Shown: positions 46,771-55,601 of the stretch, in pieces
How positions within the stretch are numbered: position 1 is the first letter of the stretch
Layout: the number at the start of each line of letters is the position of its first letter
From: Verrucomicrobiota bacterium
Lineage (GTDB): Bacteria > Verrucomicrobiota > Verrucomicrobiia > Opitutales > Oceanipulchritudinaceae
Assembly: GCA_033762955.1 (NCBI GenBank)
Contig: JANRLC010000048.1
Span: forward strand, 1-64,000
Direction of reading: 5' to 3'
Length of the DNA stretch: 64,000 nt
The notes under the pieces: model-generated
Told to the model about the DNA's origin: nothing
The model's database searches: none
What the model saw: only the letters and a program-made list of their open reading frames with translations
Made by a program: the position numbers and the translations under genes

Positions 46771-46771
46771 C

Positions 46772-47455
46772 TCATTTTTCATTCATCCAATTTAGTGTAT
46801 TGTTTATAGCCAGACACCATGCATCGTAAGCCGGACGCGACGGATGAGGTATGGAGTATATTAAGCATCCATCGACCACTGCGCTATTCCGGAATCCAAT
46901 CGGACCTTGGGGGCTCAATAACTGGTTCACCGCTGCTAAACCTGCATGACCTCCAACAAACACGACATCAGGTCTCAGTGCCATAATCTCAGCCCAGATG
47001 TATCTTCCGGTGTCAGAATGGCCGACTGCAGATATCGCTGCGTAATCCTGCGGTTTCACTGAATTGGACTGTGCTCGGATATTGTAATATATCGTTCTGT
47101 CTAAAGTGTCTTCAATCATATCATCGTTGGCAAACGCTGCGCTAAGCATCTCTCGCGACGCCGCTATCTTCTTCTGGAAACACGCTAGTGCTACATGGAG
47201 AACAGCAAAAGTGTATCGAGTCGTCTTAGTGCCCGTGTCGCCGGCATCATAAATCCAATCAATTAGGTCGTCTCGTGTAACATCGAACACGCCCATTTTC
47301 TCATAGCCATACGGTTCCATATTAACGGCGACAACTTTGAATGGCTCATTCCAGTAGCGGTCCGTTGTCGGTCCGTAGAACATGTGATGTGTCGCTCCGG
47401 AATCAAGAAGGTGCTTCCGTAAGCTAGCGCGGGCTTCGTGGAATTTATGGATCAT
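46772..47455 (-). CDS. cassette ORF, hypothetical protein (about 227 aa)
   Basis: Start moved to the internal MIHKFHEAR so that the R-prime box GTTCGGC lies 19 bp upstream, as in the other cassettes. Confidence 0.45.
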   Translation of the reverse strand: MIHKFHEARASLRKHLLDSGATHHMFYGPTTDRYWNEPFKVVAVNMEPYGYEKMGVFDVTRDDLIDWIYDAGDTGTKTTRYTFAVLHVALACFQKKIAASREMLSAAFANDDMIEDTLDRTIYYNIRAQSNSVKPQDYAAISAVGHSDTGRYIWAEIMALRPDVVFVGGHAGLAAVNQLLSPQGPIGFRNSAVVDGCLIYSIPHPSRPAYDAWCLAINNTLNWMNEK

Positions 47456-47474
47456 GAATTGATTGATTAATTCT

Positions 47475-47639
47475 GCCGAACGCATAGGTCAACGACGGGA
47501 GCCAGCCTCCGATGACGTTCGATGTGTCTCTGAGCGAATCGGCTGGCTCACGTTCACTGGACCGTCTGGTTCGCCTTCTTCTTCATTTTCGGTCCCATGA
47601 CGCGAAACAGGCTTTGTCTTCAATCCAGCCTTGTTCGGA
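47475..47639 (-). other. integron attC site, unusually long or compound
   Basis: Top strand GCCGAACGCATAGGTCAACGACGGGAGCCAGCC ... GGCTGGCTCACG ... GGTTCGCC ... TTGTTCGGA. Confidence 0.45.
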
Positions 47640-47642
47640 TTT

Positions 47643-47897
47643 TCAGAAGAAGACAATCGGTCCACCGCTAGCGGTGCATGACTCTGCCAGATAAACGGAG
47701 ATCACATCAGGTTCATCCTGTGAAATGCCCACAACCACAAGATTGTAAGCCTTGGCCGCAGACTGGACAATCAGCGCGACTTCTCCTTGGGACGCTGCCA
47801 TTTCACCAGCGGCATTCTTACAGTTAAAATCGCCTTGCTCAGACACGCAGCCTGCCACAAATACAAGCGCGAAGGAAATGATGCGATGAAGGGCCAT
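47643..47897 (-). CDS. cassette ORF, small lipoprotein (84 aa)
   Basis: MALHRIISFALVFVAGC gives the lipobox. It starts 6 bp after the R-prime box. Confidence 0.45.
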   Translation of the reverse strand: MALHRIISFALVFVAGCVSEQGDFNCKNAAGEMAASQGEVALIVQSAAKAYNLVVVGISQDEPDVISVYLAESCTASGGPIVFF

Positions 47898-47902
47898 TCT
47901 AT

Positions 47903-47990
47903 CGGCGAACGTAAAAGTGCGCTACGGATGAAACTAAGCCTAAGACGTTTGCTCCCCCGACTTGCTCTACAATGCGGGGCAACTTAGAAT
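47903..47990 (-). other. integron attC site (degenerate)
   Basis: Top strand CGGCGAACGTAAAAGTGCGCTACGG ... the far box is weak (AACTTAGAA). Confidence 0.4.
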
Positions 47991-48625
47991 CTAGATATCA
48001 AACCTAAAAAATAGGAAATAATAGCAGTAATAATAACTAGGATAATGTTATCCTTATTACGATACCAGAAACTTTTATACTTATGTTTTCTGTTTAAGAA
48101 GATTTTTGATGAACCAATAAATGAGTGTCCAAGAAATAAGATATAAAATATGACCAGTGATAGCAGTAAACCAGCTGGATACTTAATGAAATTATTCAGG
48201 GGAAGAAATGGGGTAAGATATACTATCAGAAAAATAGACATACCACATATCATTCCGAGAATACCATTCCACCAATAGCCAGTAGGATGCCATGAGTACC
48301 ATTTAACATGTGAGCTTAATAAATCCTTTACGAAGGGCGCATCTTTTTCGTTTTGATAGGGACGGCTAATTGTAACACCTCTTGGCTCAATATCTATGCG
48401 AATTTCATCAAAGGAGTTCTTGTACCTGAAAATAAGATTAAGGGAAGAAATGTGATCCCTTGATACGTGCTCCAATAATTCTTCTAATGACTCGTACTCC
48501 GTATTGTCATACATCACACTCAATTCTGAGTCATCAGGAAGTTGTCGGATTAGATTATCTAAATCATCAAGGTATAATCTAATTGGAGGTATCCTAATAG
48601 GGGCAGTGCTTCTGATTATTTTCAT
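47984..48625 (-). CDS. cassette ORF, membrane protein (about 214 aa), hypothetical, about 33% GC
   Basis: Start moved to MKIIRSTAPIRIPP, 6 bp downstream of the R-prime box. The longer ORF-track start lies inside the attC. Confidence 0.45.
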   Translation of the reverse strand: MKIIRSTAPIRIPPIRLYLDDLDNLIRQLPDDSELSVMYDNTEYESLEELLEHVSRDHISSLNLIFRYKNSFDEIRIDIEPRGVTISRPYQNEKDAPFVKDLLSSHVKWYSWHPTGYWWNGILGMICGMSIFLIVYLTPFLPLNNFIKYPAGLLLSLVIFYILFLGHSFIGSSKIFLNRKHKYKSFWYRNKDNIILVIITAIISYFLGLISRF

Positions 48626-48630
48626 TTTAT

Positions 48631-48750
48631 TAGAACGTACAAGATTCAAGATGAGCCAAGTGTATGCTTGGCGCGAATCGTGTCCTACAAAAGGGAAGAA
48701 AAGCACGATTCGTGACAATCATACGCATTGGTTCCATCGCCATGTTAGCC
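48631..48750 (-). other. integron attC site (long)
   Basis: Top strand TAGAACGTACAAGATTCAAGATGAGCCAAG ... CATGTTAGCC directly followed by the stop TAA of the upstream gene. Confidence 0.5.
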
Positions 48751-49587
48751 TTAGTTTCGTTTTATTTTATGCACTCCATCAGGTGCTTGAATCTGATTAT
48801 CTGTCTGAACTTCGATCAGTTGTAAATCTGTAACTACGCTTTGGTTGTATCCAAATTTTAGTTCAACATATTTATGATTTCCGTCGGAATGTTCATCTAG
48901 GCCCCATGCTCTCTTAATGACCAATCTGGTTTCTCTTTCATATGAATATTTGTGTGGCAGGTATAGCCCGCAAATGGAGGATGCGTCCTCCCAAAAAAAC
49001 TCTTTATTTAAACTATTTTTGGTCCAGTCCTGGACTTCTTTAAAGAAATCAGCCCATTTATCTATACCGTTTCCGTAGGTAATGCGCCGAAGGCATCCCG
49101 ACTGAACTGTCAATCTGAATCTAAACCTAAACCCATTACCTTTAGCGAATACAGTCCAAAAATTATGTTCTTCATTTGGTGTGAGATCAGTGTCTGTCAT
49201 CGATGTGTAGTAAAATCCATCGGCTATAGATTGAACATATCGAGGCCTCTGGGAGGCCTCATCTATTCCGAGAGGATACTTGTAGTCAAATTTCTCAAGA
49301 AAAGCCCGTATCTCATCCTCTTGGATTCTTTTTTCAACTGAATATAGCCTTAATCGACTGGTGGTTAAAATACTTTCACCGCTCACCTTATTCGTGTAAT
49401 GGTAGAACTCGCTGTCGTGTATCGGAGGGCAAATTTGATTGGTTAATTGCTTGGATATGCGCCCACCTTTGATCGAGTCGATTACCACGCGCTCAAGAAA
49501 GTTGAAGTCGTCTTTGGTAGCTTGAATTCCGAATTCGTGTTTGGTGAAAATATCATTCAACCCCTGGATGTATTTATCGTATTCCAT
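48751..49587 (-). CDS. cassette ORF, hypothetical protein (278 aa, low GC)
   Basis: Bounded by attC sites on both sides. Confidence 0.5.
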   Translation of the reverse strand: MEYDKYIQGLNDIFTKHEFGIQATKDDFNFLERVVIDSIKGGRISKQLTNQICPPIHDSEFYHYTNKVSGESILTTSRLRLYSVEKRIQEDEIRAFLEKFDYKYPLGIDEASQRPRYVQSIADGFYYTSMTDTDLTPNEEHNFWTVFAKGNGFRFRFRLTVQSGCLRRITYGNGIDKWADFFKEVQDWTKNSLNKEFFWEDASSICGLYLPHKYSYERETRLVIKRAWGLDEHSDGNHKYVELKFGYNQSVVTDLQLIEVQTDNQIQAPDGVHKIKRN

Positions 49588-49596
49588 TGTATTTCT

Positions 49597-49657
49597 GGCA
49601 AACGTTAAAGATCAGCCACGGCCCAGTAGGGCCGTTGGCTGTAGCGCCTGGTTAGCC
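49597..49657 (-). other. integron attC site
   Basis: Top strand GGCAAACGTTAAAGATCAGCCACGGCCCAGTAGGGCCGTTGGCTGTAGCGCCTGGTTAGCC. Confidence 0.7.
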
Positions 49658-49750
49658 TCATTTTCATTGGCTGTCAAAATGTGCGAAGACCTCGATAAGC
49701 GAGGAAGCAAAGGGCACCCAGCAGCGCCAACATGACAATTACCGCGAGCT

Positions 49751-49990
49751 TCACAGGCGCGCTTTCACTCTCTGATCATCGCGAGCGCGGGGAAAACTCT
49801 TCACAACTTCGAAGGCAATCCATTCGTGCGGCTCGCCCTCAACATGCGCGCCGTCGATAGGAATCAAGCCTTCGCTTTTCGACATCGCACCGGACTTAAT
49901 TTGCTCCGCAAGCGCGATGATGTCTTTCTGCTCCCCCGCGACTGTGACGCCGGGAGATGGTCCGCCTTCTACTTTCACGAGGAGCTTCAT
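49751..49990 (-). CDS. cassette ORF, small hypothetical protein (about 79 aa)
   Basis: Overlaps the upstream ORF by 29 nt in the ORF track; the start is moved to MKLLVKVEGG. Confidence 0.4.
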   Translation of the reverse strand: MKLLVKVEGGPSPGVTVAGEQKDIIALAEQIKSGAMSKSEGLIPIDGAHVEGEPHEWIAFEVVKSFPRARDDQRVKARL

Positions 49991-50012
49991 TCTTTGGCTC
50001 TCTAGTGCCTGG

Positions 50013-50345
50013 TTAGCCGGTCTTGAAGCGATCCAAAACATGTTTTTGAATGGCAGATAAAATCAGCATCGGCATAGATCCGACAACAGTCTGCACGAAA
50101 AGCATCTTATTGAAGCTGAGACGCTGCGCAGTGACGTCGTCCATAAACCAAAGAGTCACCAACAGCGAGACAATCGCCGAAATAGCTAATCTCGCGAGAA
50201 ACCATCCATATCGTCCGATTTGCTCTTCCTTGGAGTACTTAACGACGGGCACTGCTTTCTTACGTCGGGCTAGAGGAAGCATCAGCGGCAAGAAGCCGCC
50301 AAGTAATCCAAATAAGATCGCACTTATAAAGAGTTTCGATTCCAT
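50013..50345 (-). CDS. first cassette ORF next to the attI remnant; small membrane protein (110 aa)
   Basis: Three predicted TM helices; starts 7 bp from the attI-cassette junction. Confidence 0.45.
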   Translation of the reverse strand: MESKLFISAILFGLLGGFLPLMLPLARRKKAVPVVKYSKEEQIGRYGWFLARLAISAIVSLLVTLWFMDDVTAQRLSFNKMLFVQTVVGSMPMLILSAIQKHVLDRFKTG

Positions 50346-50351
50346 AGTAAA

Positions 50352-50495
50352 TTGGCTAAGGGTTTGATATATGGAAAATATCCGTCCTATTGCAAGCAGT
50401 AGATGGAATATTTTCCATGGTATTGGCTATAGAAATGAAATTCTGGAAATGCGAAGCGTGAAGTTTGTTTTCCGTCCTATTAGCTAATGACAGGA
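50352..50495. other. attI-like site copy with deleted intI
   Basis: ...TATGGAAAATATCCGTCCTATTGCAAG ... TTTTCCGTCCTATTAGCTAATGACAGG matches 27852-27995 including the intI start context (GCTAATGACATGG in copy 1). Downstream, intI is replaced by AGATTTCAGATTCC repeats. Confidence 0.7.
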
Positions 50496-51520
50496 TTACA
50501 GATTTCAGATTCCAAATGGCGGAAGGCAGATGGCAGGAGCCGAACCAGTCTCCCTGTTACTCCCATCGCGAAACACGGGGCGTTGTGAATGGAAAATGGA
50601 GAATAGAGAGTGGAGAATGGGGATGGGGGACGAATGGAGAATGGGGATGGCGGAAAGCAGATGGCAGAAGGCAGATTTAAGATTCCAAATTCCAGATTCT
50701 GAACGCTGAAGGCTGATAGCTTCTCCTGTTACTCCCGGGGCGTGTTGTTGGGCTCTGAGCCTGCTTCTCCGCCAACAAACTGCGGCATGTAGGACTTATG
50801 CAAGCTGCCGCCCGTGGTCGGGAGAGCGGTTCCGTGGACAACTTCCCGATTGCTGAAGGTGGATAAATGCTGTGTTTCCCGAAGACACGGGAGGATGAGA
50901 CTGCACTCCAGATTGGGGAACCAACCTTGGCAAGCGGGAAATAGCGTAGTGTAGGCACAAAGTTACAAAGGCACAGAGTCGGAAAGGCAGGAGGAAGAAG
51001 GCAGCAGGCGGATTTAAGATTACAGATTTCAGATTCCAAATGGCGGAAGGCAGATGGCAGGAGGCAGATTCCAGATTACAGATTCCAAATTACAGATGGC
51101 AGAATGCCGGAAGGCAGCAGATTCCAGATTACAGATAGCAGAAGTCGTGGCGGGGGTTGTAGGAGTGGCGGCAATCTTGGTACGAGCGGTGGCAACGGTG
51201 GTACGAGTGGCGGAAGCGGTTGCGGGAGTGGCGGCAACGGTTCCGCGCGTGGTGGCAACGGTGGTACGGGTGACGGCAACGGTGGTACGGGTGACGGCAA
51301 CGGTGGTACGGGTGACGGCAACGTCGGTACGAGTGACGGCAACGTCGGTACGAGTGGCGGCAACGGTGGTACGAGTGGCGGAAGCGGTTGCGAACGAATG
51401 GAAAATGGTGAATGGAGAATGGAGAATGGGCGGGAGGGGGGCGGAATGGAGAATGGGCAGATTCCAGATTTCAGATTCCAGATTTAAGATTCTGAACGCT
51501 GATAGCTTCCTTCTTCCCAT
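50495..51520. repeat. composite repeat module paralogous to 29000-29960 (simple repeats, 210-bp unit at 50790-51000, 21-nt tandem array about 51150-51400)
   Basis: See 29000-29960. Confidence 0.75.
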
Positions 51521-51618
51521 TGCCTTTCCTCGAGTCGCGGCGACTTATCCGGGGCTGCCAAAATCTTCCCGGCAATGGGCTTGCAGCGGTTGAGGAATGC
51601 GCCAAAACTCAGGGGTTC

Positions 51619-54600
51619 ATGGCTGCGGATAATCCTTTCGTCCACCTGCACTGTCACAGCGACTATAGTCTGCTCGATGGGTGCGCACATATTGACAAGA
51701 TGATGGCCCGCGCGGCCAAGCTGGGGATGCCTGCGCTGGCGTTGACGGACCATGGGAATCTCTTTGGTGCGGTGGAGTTCTACAAGGCGGGGAAGAAGAA
51801 CAACGTGAAGCCGATCCTCGGCTGCGAGGTGTACCTGGTGATTGACCACGGGATCGGGGACCGTCCGAAGCGCACGCGCCCCCAGGAGGATGATGAGCAG
51901 GAGAAGGCGAGCGAGACCGGCTCCTCGGCGATGGCGAACAAGATCTACCACATGGGGCTGCTGGCGCGGAACAATGTGGGCTGGAAGAACCTGTGCAAGC
52001 TGGTATCAAAGGCGCACCTCTATGGCATGCACTACCGGCCTCGGGTGGACTTCGCCACGCTGACGGAGCATGCGGAGGGGTTGATCGGGTTCTCCGGGTG
52101 CATGCAGGGGGTGATCCCGCAGCACTTGATGCGCGGGGAAAAGGCCAGGGCGAAGCAGTGGTGCGCGAAGTTTATCGAGGTGTTTGGCCGGGAAAACTAC
52201 TACGTGGAGCTGCAGGAGCATGGGTTGGTGGAGCAGCACCAGCTCAACCTCGACTTGCTGGAGATAGCGAAGGACTTTGACCTGAAGGTCTTCTGCTCGA
52301 ACGACTCCCACTATGTCGAGCAGGGGCATAGTGTCCCGCATGACATGCTGCTTTGCATCCAGACCGGGAAGCGGGTGAATGATGAGAAGCGGATGCGCTT
52401 CGATAACAACAACTTTTACATGAAGAGCGGGGCCGAGATGGAGTCGCTCTTCGGCCACATCCCCGGGGCGTTGACGAATACTCTGGAGATCGCGGAGCGG
52501 TGCGATCTGAAGCTGGAGTTTGGCGTGAACCATTACCCGGTCTTCAAGCTGGATGAGGACACCAAGGCGCGCTGCCAGGACAACCCGACGTTCCTCAAGG
52601 AGCTGTGTATCAAGGGGTTTCTCAAGCGCTACGGGGTGGACTACAATGCCCGCGCCACCCATGCCGATCCGGCTTACGCCGAGGAGCTGTGCAAGCGGCT
52701 GGACTTCGAGCTGACGATCATCGGGAAGACCGGGTTCATCGACTACTTCCTGATCGTGCAGGACTTCATCAACTGGGCGAAGGACCGCGGCATCCCGGTG
52801 GGGCCGGGGCGCGGTTCAGGCGCAGGGTGTATGGTGGCGTATGTGCTGGGGATAACGGATACGGACCCCATGCGCTTCCGTCTGCTCTTTGAGCGAATGC
52901 TCAACCTGGAGCGCGTCTCGCCACCGGACTTTGATATCGACTTCTGCATGCGCCGCCGTGACGAGGTGATCGAGTACGTGCGGAACAAGTACGGGGCCGA
53001 TTGCGTGTCGAACATCATTACATTTGGCACCTTCGGCGCGAAGACGGTGATTCGCGATTTGGCGCGGGTGACAGACTTCCCCTTCGCCGAGGCCGACCGG
53101 ATCGCCAAGATGGTGCCGGAGAACCCGGATATGACGATCGAGAAGGCGCTGGCAAACAGTGCAGAACTCGCCGCCGAGATCCAGCGCAACCCCACAGCCA
53201 AGCAGATATTCGACCACGGGAGAGTCATCGAGGGAATGGCGCGCAATACCGGTCGCCATGCGGCGGGGATTATCATCTGCGACCAGCCGCTGATCGAACA
53301 GGTGCCGGTAACCTTGCAGGAAGGTGCGATGACAACGCAGTTTGAGAAAGGCGCGGTGGAGGATCTCGGGCTTCTCAAGATGGACTTTCTCGGGCTGAAG
53401 ACGCTGACGGTGATCAGCGATGCGGAGACGTACATCAAGCAGACGGCGAACCCCACCTTTGACCTGAATGCGGTGCCCTTCGACGACCCGCGCACCTACG
53501 CACTCATGCGGGATGCGCGAACGGTCGGCGTCTTCCAAATGGAATCCGGCGGGATGCAATCGCTCTGCCGCCAGCTCGAAGTGGCGAACATCGACGAGAT
53601 TGTCGCCCTCATCGCGCTGTACCGCCCGGGGCCGATGGACTGGATACCGGACTACATCAAGGGCAAGAAGGACCCGGCCTCAATCAAGTTTCCCCACCCG
53701 CTGCTGACCAATCTCCTGCGCGAAACGTACGGCGTGATGGTGTATCAGGAGCAGGTTATGGAAGCGGCCAAGATACTCGCCGGGTACTCGCTCGGAGGCG
53801 CGGATATCCTGCGCCGCGCGATGGGTAAGAAGAAGCCCGAGGAGATGGAGAAGCAGAAGGGAGTCTTCGTAAAGGGGTGCAAGGAGCACCACAATATTGA
53901 TGAGAAGACGGCGGTGGAGTTGTTCTCCATATTGGAGAAGTTCGCCGGTTATGGGTTCAACAAATCCCACTCTGCGGCGTATGCTATCCTGACCTACCGC
54001 ACGGCCTACTTGAAGGCCAATTACCCGCTTCAGTTCATGGCGGGAGCGCTGACCTGCGAGCTGGGGCATGCAGATAATCTGGCGAAGTTCCTCGACGAAG
54101 GGCAGGCGATGAACGTGACGGTGGAGGGGCCGAACATCAACCACTCCCGCGAGCAATTCTACCCGCGCATCACGAAGCTCGGAGCTTATTATGAGACCGG
54201 GAATCCCTCGGACGAGGGCACCGTGCTCTTCGGGCTGGGCGGGATAAAGGGCGTGGGCGAAGGAGCAGCGCAGAAGATAATCGAAGAGCGCGAGAAGAAT
54301 GGGCCGTACAAGGATTTCAAGGACTTCATCACGCGGGTGGATAGCAAGGCTGTTAACCGCAGGGTGATTGAAGCGCTTATCAAGACCGGGGCCTTCGATG
54401 CGCTCGGCGAGGACCGCGGGGAGCTTCTCCACAACGTGGACAGTGTGATGAGTGAGGCCGCCTCGGCCCAGAAGGATCGCGAACGCGGACAGACCAGTTT
54501 GTTTGACATGATGGAGCCTGCGCCAAAGCCTGGTGCGGGCAAAGGCAAGGGCAGTGCGCCTGCACCCAGTGCCCACCGCATGCCCTTGAATGAAATGCTG

Positions 54601-55275
54601 CAATTTGAGAAGGAGTTGCTGGGCTTCTATGTCTCGGGGCACCCGCTGAATGCCTACCGCGGGCTGGCGGAGCACGTGGATACGTTTAAGGGCGATGATT
54701 ACCGGAACCTGCCGGACCGCACGCCCTTCCGCCTCTGCGGGGTGGTCTCGAAGATCGACAAGAAGATATCGAAGAAGGACAACCGCCCGTGGGCGATTGT
54801 CACGCTCTCGACTCGCTCCAACAATTACTCGCTCAACTACTATGCAGACTCGTATGACCGTTGCCAGAGCCTGCTGGTTTCGGGGGCGTTGCTGGTCGTA
54901 CTGGGGTCAGTCAACCAGCGCAACGGCGAATCAATCCTGAGCGGGGACAATGCCGGGCAGATCGACGGCGCGCTGCCAGCAGTGGTCAACAAGCTGACCT
55001 GGATCATCACTCCGGGAGCACAGGCGGAAGACTTTATCCGGCTGCTGCGGGCAAAGCTGGACAAGGAAAGCGGCCCGGTTTACCAGCGCATCGGGTTTCT
55101 GGTGGAGCCGGAATGGGCAGCAGTGGCCGACATAGCGGGGCCTCTCCGCTGGCGGCTCACGGCGCAATCCTTTCAAGAGATTCGCAAGCACCCCGCCGTG
55201 GTGGATGTGCTGGTGGAGTGTCCCCCACCCGTGGCCCGCGAACCAGAGTGGAAACGCCGGGCAAAGGCGGGGTAG
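51619..55275 (+). CDS. dnaE: DNA polymerase III alpha subunit
   Basis: PHP domain (FVHLHCHSDYSLLDG), the pol III alpha catalytic core, and an OB-fold C-terminus; about 1218 aa. Confidence 0.9.
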   Translation: MAADNPFVHLHCHSDYSLLDGCAHIDKMMARAAKLGMPALALTDHGNLFGAVEFYKAGKKNNVKPILGCEVYLVIDHGIGDRPKRTRPQEDDEQEKASETGSSAMANKIYHMGLLARNNVGWKNLCKLVSKAHLYGMHYRPRVDFATLTEHAEGLIGFSGCMQGVIPQHLMRGEKARAKQWCAKFIEVFGRENYYVELQEHGLVEQHQLNLDLLEIAKDFDLKVFCSNDSHYVEQGHSVPHDMLLCIQTGKRVNDEKRMRFDNNNFYMKSGAEMESLFGHIPGALTNTLEIAERCDLKLEFGVNHYPVFKLDEDTKARCQDNPTFLKELCIKGFLKRYGVDYNARATHADPAYAEELCKRLDFELTIIGKTGFIDYFLIVQDFINWAKDRGIPVGPGRGSGAGCMVAYVLGITDTDPMRFRLLFERMLNLERVSPPDFDIDFCMRRRDEVIEYVRNKYGADCVSNIITFGTFGAKTVIRDLARVTDFPFAEADRIAKMVPENPDMTIEKALANSAELAAEIQRNPTAKQIFDHGRVIEGMARNTGRHAAGIIICDQPLIEQVPVTLQEGAMTTQFEKGAVEDLGLLKMDFLGLKTLTVISDAETYIKQTANPTFDLNAVPFDDPRTYALMRDARTVGVFQMESGGMQSLCRQLEVANIDEIVALIALYRPGPMDWIPDYIKGKKDPASIKFPHPLLTNLLRETYGVMVYQEQVMEAAKILAGYSLGGADILRRAMGKKKPEEMEKQKGVFVKGCKEHHNIDEKTAVELFSILEKFAGYGFNKSHSAAYAILTYRTAYLKANYPLQFMAGALTCELGHADNLAKFLDEGQAMNVTVEGPNINHSREQFYPRITKLGAYYETGNPSDEGTVLFGLGGIKGVGEGAAQKIIEEREKNGPYKDFKDFITRVDSKAVNRRVIEALIKTGAFDALGEDRGELLHNVDSVMSEAASAQKDRERGQTSLFDMMEPAPKPGAGKGKGSAPAPSAHRMPLNEMLQFEKELLGFYVSGHPLNAYRGLAEHVDTFKGDDYRNLPDRTPFRLCGVVSKIDKKISKKDNRPWAIVTLSTRSNNYSLNYYADSYDRCQSLLVSGALLVVLGSVNQRNGESILSGDNAGQIDGALPAVVNKLTWIITPGAQAEDFIRLLRAKLDKESGPVYQRIGFLVEPEWAAVADIAGPLRWRLTAQSFQEIRKHPAVVDVLVECPPPVAREPEWKRRAKAG

Positions 55276-55283
55276 AGGGGCGG

Positions 55284-55538
55284 TTACGCGTCCAGCGTCA
55301 CGTCGGTCTCCGGCTTGCAGATGCAGGGGAGAATGGCGCCGGGCTCGACATCGATGAGCGGCTCCTGTGTATAGGTCACTCTGCCGGAGAGGATGCGAGT
55401 CATACAGACGGTGTCCGCACCACAGCGGCACCCCGCCGCAATGGCCACGCCGTGGGCTTCTGCGAAGTCGAGCAGGTTCTCACACGAATCATTCCAGGGA
55501 ACGGTTTTACCAGACTTGGCGAAAGTAATAGTGGGCAT
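55284..55538 (-). CDS. small 2Fe-2S ferredoxin-like protein
   Basis: Cysteine cluster GCRCGADTVC ... ILPCIC. Confidence 0.45.
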   Translation of the reverse strand: MPTITFAKSGKTVPWNDSCENLLDFAEAHGVAIAAGCRCGADTVCMTRILSGRVTYTQEPLIDVEPGAILPCICKPETDVTLDA

Positions 55539-55601
55539 GGTGGTAGAGGACAGCGTTGCGTATTGTAAGTATTCCCAGAACAGACTGGCTGCAGGCTGTA
55601 C

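Larger units (their letters stand above)
42885..50495. mobile_element. second integron cassette array lacking intI (CALIN with attI remnant)
   Basis: Nine to ten minus-strand cassettes separated by the same attC family. It ends in an attI-like copy (50352-50495). The distal hairpin and tail (42885-43000) are homologous to 22655-22800. Confidence 0.8.
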
